This document shows positions 56,624 to 63,691 of a stretch of DNA of 64,000 nucleotides, in pieces (positions within the stretch are counted from its first letter, which is position 1; each line of letters opens with the position of its first letter). The stretch is from Thermomicrobiales bacterium (GTDB lineage Bacteria; Chloroflexota; Chloroflexia; Thermomicrobiales; UBA6265). The position numbers and the translations under genes are program-made. Location of the stretch: positions 3,172 through 67,171 of the forward strand of contig JADYYO010000342.1 in assembly GCA_020853615.1 (NCBI GenBank), written 5' to 3'. A model generated the notes under the pieces. It was not told where the DNA came from. It saw nothing but the letters and a program-made list of their open reading frames with translations, and searched no databases.

Positions 56624-56815
56624 GTGCGTTGGGAACACATCGACGGCGTGGGCACGGTCTGCTTCCAGCCCGACGGATCGGTCTCGATCCTCGTGGCGGA
56701 CGGCGACGGGCTGCCCGAGACGGTCACGGACGCCATCGCGGCGACCGGGCTGTCCGCGGATGCGTTGATCCAGCGTATGCTGGATGCCGCCCATGCCCCC
56801 GACCCGCAGCGGACC
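56624..56815 (+). CDS. N-terminal segment of a split/frameshifted gene (continues in frame of 56784-57125?)
   Basis: VRWEHIDGVGTVCFQPDGSVSILVADGDGLPETVTDAIAATGLSADALIQRMLDAA is protein-like. Beyond ~56850 this frame loses GC3 and has no stop until 57241. Confidence 0.35.
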
Positions 56816-57125
56816 CCCCGTGCAACGCCCAGCGCAACGCCCGGCCACGCCGGGCCGCCCGACGCCCCGGACGGGGCCGCTGGGTGCGGTGCCGTGCCCG
56901 CACTGCGGCCACAAGCTGGACATGCGGCCGATGGCCGGCGTCGCGATGGGTGGGGTGGGGGAGGGGGACGTCGGGATCGAGGTGGGCGCGGTCTGGAGCT
57001 GCGACCACTGCCGGCAGAAGTTCAAGATCACGGCGCTGGACCGGATCGTCGTGGTGAAGGTCGCGCCGATGGCGCCGGCGGTTGCGGCGCCGCGACCGGG
57101 CGCGCCGCCGCCCCGGCGCCGCTAG
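56784..57125 (+). CDS. zinc-ribbon protein (113 aa)
   Basis: Pro-rich N-terminus then CPHCGHKL...CDHCRQKFKITALDRIVVVKV; high GC3. Confidence 0.6.
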   Translation: MPPMPPTRSGPPVQRPAQRPATPGRPTPRTGPLGAVPCPHCGHKLDMRPMAGVAMGGVGEGDVGIEVGAVWSCDHCRQKFKITALDRIVVVKVAPMAPAVAAPRPGAPPPRRR

Positions 57126-57251
57126 GTTCGCCCGCAGAGGGCTGTGACCGGGGCGGCGCCCCAACGCGACGGTGCTCGGCCGAGACGCGCCACAGGCGTG
57201 CGCGTCGTCCGTACGGCTCGGCCCCGATCGGGCGTGCATAGCGCAAGTCTC

Positions 57252-57273
57252 GGGGCCCGCTGCAGCGGGCCCC
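57252..57273 (+). terminator. 22-nt perfect GC palindrome (11-bp stem) followed by weak T tract
   Basis: GGGGCCCGCTG/CAGCGGGCCCC then ggggcggaTCTTTC; lies between two operons. Confidence 0.45.
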
Positions 57274-57311
57274 GGGGCGGATCTTTCACCACCAACCGAG
57301 GATGCTCTCCC

Positions 57312-57695
57312 ATGGGTTCTGAGTCGAAAGCCGAAGCCGCCGCCGCCCAAGCCACGCTGGCTCGCGACTTCGTGATGGCGCGCTGCGCGGCCGCTCGCGC
57401 GTCGCTGCAAGCCGCGCTCGAGTCGATCGACCAGGTGCTGCTCGCGTTCGTCGCACCCGACACCGACCCGAAGGGCAAGGATCGCACGCAGGCGCTCGAG
57501 GACGCCGACGCCGCGCTGGGCGACGCGGCCAGCTCGATCCACGCGGCGATGTCCGAGTTCGGCGAGATCGATCCCGCGGAGGGCGAGCCGGAGGCCGACG
57601 ACGACGACGACGACGACGACGAGGACGAGGACGAGGACGACGACGACGACGAGGACGACGAGGAGCAACCGCGCCGGCGCGGAGGCCGTCGGTGA
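57312..57695 (+). CDS. helical protein with extreme poly-Asp/Glu tail
   Basis: GAGGA RBS; MGSESKAEAAAAQATLARDFVMARC...EADDDDDDDDEDEDEDDDDDEDDEEQPRRRGGRR. Confidence 0.7.
   Translation: MGSESKAEAAAAQATLARDFVMARCAAARASLQAALESIDQVLLAFVAPDTDPKGKDRTQALEDADAALGDAASSIHAAMSEFGEIDPAEGEPEADDDDDDDDEDEDEDDDDDEDDEEQPRRRGGRR
57597..57665 (+). repeat. GAC/GAG trinucleotide repeat tract (23 acidic codons)
   Basis: gacgacgacgacgacgacgacgacgaggacgaggacgaggacgacgac... Confidence 0.85.
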
Positions 57696-57982
57696 GCGAA
57701 GGCCTCGTGCTCCGCGTGGAGCGCGTGGAGGCGCCGCCGATGCTCGGCGATCGGGTGATCTACACCCGCGCCCAGGGCGACGAGTACGCCGCGATCATCG
57801 TGAAGGTGGTCGTCTCCCGACCCGACGACAAGCGGGTCCAGCTCGCCGTCTTCATGCCGGGCGCGATCGCCACCGGATCGCCGGACGTGTTCGAGTCGAA
57901 GACGTGGTACTCGCGCTGGGTCGGCTTCGACGCTCACGGCGCGCAGAACACCTGGCGCTGGCGCCCGGACGGGTCGCGGTGA
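57692..57982 (+). CDS. hypothetical small protein (96 aa)
   Basis: GTGA overlap; SEGLVLRVERVEAPPMLGDRVIYTRAQGDEYAAIIVKVV... Confidence 0.65.
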   Translation: MSEGLVLRVERVEAPPMLGDRVIYTRAQGDEYAAIIVKVVVSRPDDKRVQLAVFMPGAIATGSPDVFESKTWYSRWVGFDAHGAQNTWRWRPDGSR

Positions 57983-58581
57983 GCTCCGCGCGCGTCGTCA
58001 CGCCGCCCGGCACGCGCACGTCGCGGGCCATGCCGGGGGCGTTGCCCGGGCCGCTCGTGACCGTCGAGCACGGCGAGCGCGTGGTCTGGGGCGACGACAA
58101 GGAGCTCGAGGCGGTGCTCGCGGACGCGCTGGCGTCGCGGCAGATGAGCTTCCACCCGACCGTTGGCGGCAAGCTGCTGGTGCGCGTCCAGGCCGCGACG
58201 ATCGTGCCGATGGTGCGCTGGGTGATCCAGTGGCGGACGCTGCCGCCCAGCCAGAACGAGATCATGCGGCGCTTCCGCACGCCGCAGGCGTACGACCGGC
58301 TGCTGGCCAGCTGGCGCCAGGTGTTCGGCGCGGCCGCCACCACCATTCCGAAGGCGACCGGCCGCCGGCGCCTCGAGATCACGCGGTTCGTCCGCGACAA
58401 GAACTACCGGCTGGATCGAGGGAACCTCGTCGGAGGGTGCAAGCCACTCCTCGACGCTGCGGTCCACGCCGGGTTGCTGATCGACGACAGGGAGGACCAC
58501 CTCGATGACCACTACGACCAACGGATCGACCCCGTCGAGCGGGTCCGGATCGCCATCTCCGACCTGCCCGCCAGCGGGTGA
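57979..58581 (+). CDS. rusA: RusA-like Holliday-junction resolvase
   Basis: GTGA overlap; ...PPSQNEIMRRFRTPQAY...RRRLEITRFVRDKNYRLDRGNLVGGCKPLLDAAVHAGLLIDDRE (D-x-x-N...K..lDal...g...DD pattern). Confidence 0.55.
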   Translation: MSSARVVTPPGTRTSRAMPGALPGPLVTVEHGERVVWGDDKELEAVLADALASRQMSFHPTVGGKLLVRVQAATIVPMVRWVIQWRTLPPSQNEIMRRFRTPQAYDRLLASWRQVFGAAATTIPKATGRRRLEITRFVRDKNYRLDRGNLVGGCKPLLDAAVHAGLLIDDREDHLDDHYDQRIDPVERVRIAISDLPASG

Positions 58582-58717
58582 CGCCGACCGCTGCGCCTGC
58601 GGCGCGGACGCGTGGGCGACGTCGGCGACGCTGATCGCCTGTCTCGCGTGCGGTCGGCTCTGGGGCCGCGTCAACGGCGCGTGGGTGCTCGACCCCGACA
58701 CGGTGCGTCGTGGCTGA
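58505..58717 (+). CDS. small Cys-rich protein (70 aa), 77-nt overlap with the rusA-like gene
   Basis: High GC3 downstream of 58581 (DADRCACGADAWATSATLIACLACGRLWG); the only in-frame start is ATG 58505. Confidence 0.45.
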   Translation: MTTTTNGSTPSSGSGSPSPTCPPAGDADRCACGADAWATSATLIACLACGRLWGRVNGAWVLDPDTVRRG

Positions 58718-59207
58718 TGATCTGGGCCAGGCCCGGCGCGAGAGCACGCTCACGCCCGAGCAACTGCTCGCGCAGGCGCTCAAGGACAAGGCGTTCCCGA
58801 CGCACCGCTTCCGGCTCGAGAGCCCGAAGGCGGGCGCGTCGCGGCTGCTGACGCAGAAGGCGGCCGCGCGCGCCCAGGCGCGCTACGGCGGCGACGTCGT
58901 GGAGCTCGTCACGATGAAGGACTGGCTGACCGCGACCGCGCAGTCCCTGCCGACGTGCGAGCGCGCGTCGTGCCAGGCGCCGGCGGGTCTCCCGTGCCGC
59001 GACGTTCACGGCATCCGCAAGCCGCACCCGAACCGGCTCGGCAAGCGCGAGTCGACGCGGATCGCGCTCGAGGAGTACCTGCGGTGCGAGACGTGCGGGG
59101 CGTGGCCCGGCAAGTCGTGCGTGACCGAGAGCGGCATGGTCCGGCGCGCGCACAAGGATCGGCCGATGCTGGCGCCGCCGGCGCCGGTCGCGGAGCCCGC
59201 GCCGTGA
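58710..59207 (+). CDS. hypothetical Cys-containing protein (165 aa)
   Basis: GTG start; ADDLGQARRESTLTPEQLLAQALKDKAFP...CERASCQAPAGLPCRD...CETCGAWPGKSC. Confidence 0.6.
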   Translation: MADDLGQARRESTLTPEQLLAQALKDKAFPTHRFRLESPKAGASRLLTQKAAARAQARYGGDVVELVTMKDWLTATAQSLPTCERASCQAPAGLPCRDVHGIRKPHPNRLGKRESTRIALEEYLRCETCGAWPGKSCVTESGMVRRAHKDRPMLAPPAPVAEPAP

Positions 59208-59485
59208 CCCGGACCCGCTACTTCACGCCAGCGGCGAAGGTCGCGCGGCCCGAGCACGTCCGCGAGGCGCGGCCCAGCACGATCCCGTGGTCGTCCAACC
59301 CCGCCGACTCGATCGCCGTCTTCCGCCCGGCGCGCTGCACGGTCGCGCGCTGCGCCGAGAAGCCGATGATCTGGCGGCGCTGCCGCCGCTGCCGCCAGCC
59401 GATCGCCCGCTGCTACCAGCACGAGGCGCCCGACCCGATCGCCACCGCCCACGCCACCCACGAGGCCGCATGTCCAGCACGATGA
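59204..59485 (+). CDS. small Cys-rich protein (93 aa)
   Basis: GTGA overlap; VTRTRYFTPAAKVARPEHV...CTVARCAEKPMIWRRCRRCRQPIARC. Confidence 0.5.
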   Translation: MTRTRYFTPAAKVARPEHVREARPSTIPWSSNPADSIAVFRPARCTVARCAEKPMIWRRCRRCRQPIARCYQHEAPDPIATAHATHEAACPAR

Positions 59486-60210
59486 GCACCGAGACGCGCG
59501 TCTACCTGCGCGAGCGCCGCCGCCAGCAGCGGATCGAGCGGTCGTCCGAGACCGCGGCGGCCACCGAGACCCAGATCGCCCGGCTGGCCGAGCCGGCGTT
59601 CAAGGATCACGTCTTGACCGCCGAGGGCCCGCACTGGCGGTGTGGGCGGCCGGACACCGGCGTCTACGGCTTCTGGCTCTACGCGCCGGCCGGCGCGATC
59701 ATGGTGTGGGGCGACATCGGTTCGTTCATGCTGCGCCACGGCTCCAAGGACAGCCTCGCCTGGCTAGCGGGCGCCGTCCGCAACGGCGACCCGGACTACC
59801 TGCTGGGCAAGCTCTGCGCGGCCGACGGGGCGATCAGCGAGTTCAAGCGCGGCGACGCGTTCCGGTACATCGACGAGATGGTCCGCGGGAGCGGCAACGC
59901 CGCGCGGTGGCGCGCGGTGCGCCAGCGCTTCCACGAGCGGCTGCCGCACACCTACGGCAACTCCGAGGAGGCGAACGCCTTTTACGCGGCCTGCCACGAG
60001 CATCGCGCCGATCCGTGCGGGGCGATGGGGTGGGCCAGCGGGCCGCTCTACCTCTGGCATGCGCTCCGCGTCTTCGCGCGCCTCCATCGCCGGGCGACGC
60101 ACTGCGGGGTCTGCGATCGGCAGACCACGAACCAGAACCACGCGCCGGTCGGCGCCGGGCTGCCGCCGGAGCCGACGTGCGATGCGTGCATCACCCCCAA
60201 CCAGGACTAG
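59470..60210 (+). CDS. hypothetical protein (246 aa)
   Basis: MSSTMSTETRVYLRERRRQQRIERS...GVYGFWLYAPAGAIMVWGDIGSFMLRHG... Confidence 0.7.
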   Translation: MSSTMSTETRVYLRERRRQQRIERSSETAAATETQIARLAEPAFKDHVLTAEGPHWRCGRPDTGVYGFWLYAPAGAIMVWGDIGSFMLRHGSKDSLAWLAGAVRNGDPDYLLGKLCAADGAISEFKRGDAFRYIDEMVRGSGNAARWRAVRQRFHERLPHTYGNSEEANAFYAACHEHRADPCGAMGWASGPLYLWHALRVFARLHRRATHCGVCDRQTTNQNHAPVGAGLPPEPTCDACITPNQD

Positions 60211-60214
60211 CGAC

Positions 60215-60763
60215 ATGACCAGCCGAGCCGAGTCCGATCGAGCCACGTCCGAGGGCGTGCCCCAACCGCTCCTCACCTCCCGCCCCGACGATCACACGCT
60301 CCGCGTGGGCGTCGTCGGCCAGATCGACGACGAGCCCACGTCGGACGGGATCTGCGACGACTCCTACGACGGGCCGACGACGTCCGCCAAGGCCAACCAG
60401 ACCGCGATGGTGCGGTTGCCCTCGGGGGCGACCGCGGTGGTCAAGGCCGGCCAGGTGCCGCCGGCCGGCGCGCGGACGATCACGCCCGCGCCGACGTCGC
60501 CGCGCGTGCGGCGCGACGGGCTGGGCCAGCCGATCGACCCGCGCCAGCACTACTTCATCCAGGACAGCCGGCAGTGCGTCGGCAACATGATGCTGTTCTG
60601 GGGGCCGGAGCGCAGCGGCTACCTGTGCTGCATCGACGACGCCGGGCGCTACCGCGGCGACGCCCTGCCCGGCAGTCGCGAGACCGACGTGGCGTGGCCC
60701 GTGGGCTACATCGAAGCCAAGGCGGCCCGCTACGTCGACGTCCAGCGCGTGGGGAAGCCGTGA
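60215..60763 (+). CDS. hypothetical protein (182 aa)
   Basis: MTSRAESDRATSEGVPQPLL...QHYFIQDSRQCVGNMMLFWGPERSGYLCCIDDAGRY. Confidence 0.65.
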   Translation: MTSRAESDRATSEGVPQPLLTSRPDDHTLRVGVVGQIDDEPTSDGICDDSYDGPTTSAKANQTAMVRLPSGATAVVKAGQVPPAGARTITPAPTSPRVRRDGLGQPIDPRQHYFIQDSRQCVGNMMLFWGPERSGYLCCIDDAGRYRGDALPGSRETDVAWPVGYIEAKAARYVDVQRVGKP

Positions 60764-61035
60764 CGCCCGCGCAGAAAACCATCATCGCCATCGCCGCCGG
60801 GGTGGCGTGCGGCGCGGCGTTCACGTTTGCCACCGGCTGCGAGGCTCCGCCTGAGCGCCGGGCGCGCCACCTGGTCGAGCAGGCCGGCGGCGGCCCGACG
60901 ACGTGCGTCACCGCCGACAGCGGCGAGAACGGCGACGACATCTCGTTCTGCACCAACGGCGTCACCCTGACGATCTGCGTCCAGGGTGGCGGCTGCATCA
61001 CCGTCGCCGCGCCGGCGGAAAGGCTCTCCCCATGA
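60760..61035 (+). CDS. small lipoprotein (91 aa)
   Basis: GTGA overlap; VTPAQKTIIAIAAGVACGAAFTFATGC (lipobox) then a Cys-containing domain. Confidence 0.6.
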   Translation: MTPAQKTIIAIAAGVACGAAFTFATGCEAPPERRARHLVEQAGGGPTTCVTADSGENGDDISFCTNGVTLTICVQGGGCITVAAPAERLSP

Positions 61036-62222
61036 CCTGGCACCACGACCACGATCACGCCACCGCGGCGACGACATCGCCCGCGCCCGCCGCCGGCGGC
61101 ACGCCCGGCAAGCGCACGCTCACGAGCCGCCTGCCGGCCCGCCGGGCGGCGCCGTCGCCGGCGGCAGACGACGCGAACGAGATCGAGATGACCGGCGTGC
61201 CGCTCATCGACGATGGCCTGTTCTGCGACGATCAGCCCTCGGGGACGCCGGGGTGCCCGCTCAACGGCACCGAGGCCGGCTACCTGCTGTTCGCGATCCA
61301 GACCCGCGCCCTCGAGTACGCCAGCGTCGTGATGACCCAGATCGGGCGCGTCCGGCTCGAGCTGGTGACGAAGCGGACGGCGCACTGGGACGCCTGGAGC
61401 GAGGCGATCTTCATGGCGATCACGACCGCGATGATCGGCCCGCTCGCCGGCGCGGTCGCGACGGCCGCCGCCCGGACGGCGGTGGCGGTGGCGGTCCGGG
61501 GCGCGACCAAGGCGGCGTGGACGCTGGCCTCGGTCGACCCGAAGCGGATCGCCGGCGCGCTGCAGATGGTCAGCAAGATGGTCCGCACCTCGCTGGCGCA
61601 CCGCAAGGACGCGCCGCCGACGACGCAGCAGGAGTTCCTCGACTACATGGAGACGCTGGCCGCGCCATCGGCCAGCGCGCTGCTCGACGGCATCGCCGAG
61701 CAGCAGCTCGACCAGCGCGAGATGCTCGAGTTGCTGGCCCGGCTCTCCGATCCGGCGCTGACCGGCCCGGCCGCCGTCCGCGATCGTCTGCGGACGCTGG
61801 TCGGGCAGTTCGAGCTCAACCGCGTCGGCCGGATCGGCGATCGGCGCGAGGGCATCGGCGACGAGGCGGAGCTGGCCGAGCCCGTCTGGGCGACGCTCCG
61901 CAAGCAGCGCTACCTCGTGCTCTGCGAGAGCTTCGGGGCGGCGCACCTGGGCGTCGAGCTCAACGGCGCGAACCTGCCCGATCGGACGCTGGGCGACGCC
62001 TTCACCGGCGCGCCGGCGCCGGCGCGCGAGCCGCTCGCGATGGCCAGCCGGACGTTCGTCCGGATCATCGAACCCGCGTTCCACGACCTGGTGCTGGCCG
62101 AGTACACCGCCAAGCGCAAGCGCGCGCCCGATCACGTCGACTTCAACGAGCCCGACCAGCGCCAGGCGCGTTGGTTCGCCGCCTTCTACGCCGCCACCAA
62201 GCAGCTCGCGCCCCAGGAGTAG
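61032..62222 (+). CDS. hypothetical protein (396 aa) with N-terminal PGKRTLT motif
   Basis: ATGA overlap; MTWHHDHDHATAATTSPAPAAGGTPGKRTLTSRLPARR...; internal hydrophobic segment IFMAITTAMIGPLAGAVATAAA. Confidence 0.7.
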   Translation: MTWHHDHDHATAATTSPAPAAGGTPGKRTLTSRLPARRAAPSPAADDANEIEMTGVPLIDDGLFCDDQPSGTPGCPLNGTEAGYLLFAIQTRALEYASVVMTQIGRVRLELVTKRTAHWDAWSEAIFMAITTAMIGPLAGAVATAAARTAVAVAVRGATKAAWTLASVDPKRIAGALQMVSKMVRTSLAHRKDAPPTTQQEFLDYMETLAAPSASALLDGIAEQQLDQREMLELLARLSDPALTGPAAVRDRLRTLVGQFELNRVGRIGDRREGIGDEAELAEPVWATLRKQRYLVLCESFGAAHLGVELNGANLPDRTLGDAFTGAPAPAREPLAMASRTFVRIIEPAFHDLVLAEYTAKRKRAPDHVDFNEPDQRQARWFAAFYAATKQLAPQE

Positions 62223-62226
62223 CCCG

Positions 62227-62679
62227 ATGCGCACCTCCCACCTCCGCCAGCGGATCGTCCCGCTCACCACCGGCGCCATCTTCGTCGCGGCGTTCGTGAT
62301 CGCCGTGGCGATCGCCGCCCGCGCGATCCGCGACAAGGACCGGCTCGCCCAGCGGGTCCAGGCGCTCGAGGCCTCGCGCGCCCAGGCCTGCCTGATGGTC
62401 GAAGCCCGGCTCGCGCTGGGCCGCTCGATCGCCGATCAGTGGCTGGCCGGCCGGGCACCGCACCTCGAGCCAGATCGCGTCCGGCTGCGCGAGGATCTCG
62501 TGCTGATCACCGTCCAGTCCGACCCGTGCCTCTACCCGCTCCCCGAGGCCACCACCCGGGCGCTCGACGCGATGTTCGCCGGCACGCTCGAGGACGAGGT
62601 GCTGGCCCAGGGCGTCCAGTCGCTCGACGACGCACTGATCCGGCAGGCCTACAAGGGCTGGCCGCTCCGCACCGACTGA
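62227..62679 (+). CDS. N-terminally anchored membrane protein (150 aa)
   Basis: MRTSHLRQRIVPLTTGAIFVAAFVIAVAIAARAI... Confidence 0.7.
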   Translation: MRTSHLRQRIVPLTTGAIFVAAFVIAVAIAARAIRDKDRLAQRVQALEASRAQACLMVEARLALGRSIADQWLAGRAPHLEPDRVRLREDLVLITVQSDPCLYPLPEATTRALDAMFAGTLEDEVLAQGVQSLDDALIRQAYKGWPLRTD

Positions 62680-62717
62680 CCCGAACCACCTCACCCCACT
62701 CCGAAGGACTCTCCCCG

Positions 62718-63272
62718 ATGAAGATCTACGCCGCCTCCTCGTGGCGCAACCCGTGGCAGCAGCCCGTGGTCGCGCACCTCCGCTCGCTCGGCCACGACGT
62801 CTACGACTTCCGCAACCCGCCCACCGGGAGCGGGTTTGGCTGGCGTGAGCTCGATCCGAACTGGCAGCGGTGGTCGCCCACCGAGTACCGCCAGAACCTC
62901 GAGAAGCCCCGGGCCCGCGAGGGGTTCGAGAGCGACTTCAAGGCGATGCGCGAGTGCGACGCCTGCGTGCTGATCCAGCCGTGCGGCACCAGCGCCCACC
63001 TCGAGCTGGGCTGGTGCGCCGGCGCCGGCCGCCACACCGCGGTCTACTTCCCGCTCGACACCCGGGCCGACCTGGCCAGCGTCGGGCACACGGGCTCGGC
63101 CACCGGCGGAACCACCGGGATCCCCTGCGGCGCCTGCGGCGACATGGAGGGGTGCCACCTGCCGGCCAAGCTCCACCGGATCGAGCCCGAGCTGATGGTC
63201 AAGCTGGCCGACGCGCTGCTCCTGGGCCGCGTCGAGCTCGAGGACTGGCTCAAGAAGGTCGACCGGCGGTGA
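62718..63272 (+). CDS. nucleoside 2-deoxyribosyltransferase-like (Rossmann-like) protein
   Basis: MKIYAASSWRNPWQQ..., MRECDACVLIQPCGTSAHLELGWCAGAGRHTAVYF (sD..v...p...s.G...ElG.a pattern) with a Cys-containing insertion. Confidence 0.5.
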   Translation: MKIYAASSWRNPWQQPVVAHLRSLGHDVYDFRNPPTGSGFGWRELDPNWQRWSPTEYRQNLEKPRAREGFESDFKAMRECDACVLIQPCGTSAHLELGWCAGAGRHTAVYFPLDTRADLASVGHTGSATGGTTGIPCGACGDMEGCHLPAKLHRIEPELMVKLADALLLGRVELEDWLKKVDRR

Positions 63273-63691
63273 ACTGCTGCGCGATCCACGGCGGCGACGC
63301 GGACCCGGCCACGCTGGCCCGGGTCGAGCACCCGCGTGCGGCGAAGCCGTACCGCTGTTGCGAGTGCGCCGCCGTGATCGATCGCGGCGAGCGCCACGAG
63401 CACTACACGCTGCTGTCGGAAGGCGGTTGGGACACGTACCGGACGTGCCTGTCGTGCGTCGAGATCCGGACGCACTTCGCCTGCGACGGATGGCTGTTCG
63501 GCGAGATCTGGAACGATCTGGCCGACGAGTTCCTCCCCAACCTGCGCGCCGGCGGCCCGTGTCTCGAGGGCCTGAGCCCCGCGGCCCGCGCCCGGCTGTT
63601 CGAGCTGCACCTCGCGCTCAAGGCCGAGGTGCCGCACTGGACGCGCGCCCACAAGCCCGATCCGGGCGACAAGCACTGGAGCCACCGATGA
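63269..63691 (+). CDS. Cys-rich protein (140 aa)
   Basis: GTGA overlap; VNCCAIHGGDADPATLARVEHPRAAKPYRCCECAAVIDRGERHEHY...CLSCVEIRTHFACDG. Confidence 0.6.
   Translation: MNCCAIHGGDADPATLARVEHPRAAKPYRCCECAAVIDRGERHEHYTLLSEGGWDTYRTCLSCVEIRTHFACDGWLFGEIWNDLADEFLPNLRAGGPCLEGLSPAARARLFELHLALKAEVPHWTRAHKPDPGDKHWSHR

Noticed and set aside
57126-57311. Possible small RNA or ORF in the 186-bp gap
   Set aside because: I could support only a 22-nt GC palindrome with a weak T tract, so I called it a terminator-like hairpin. There is no promoter box and no conserved structure that I could justify.
45702-57665. Tandem repeats (45702-45735, 46885-46922, 57597-57665, 24811-24830) as a possible CRISPR array or VNTR-type mobile repeat
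   Set aside because: Only 2-3 short units each, with no spacers of unique sequence and no cas genes. All but the fourth (24811-24830, in an intergenic gap) lie inside ORFs.
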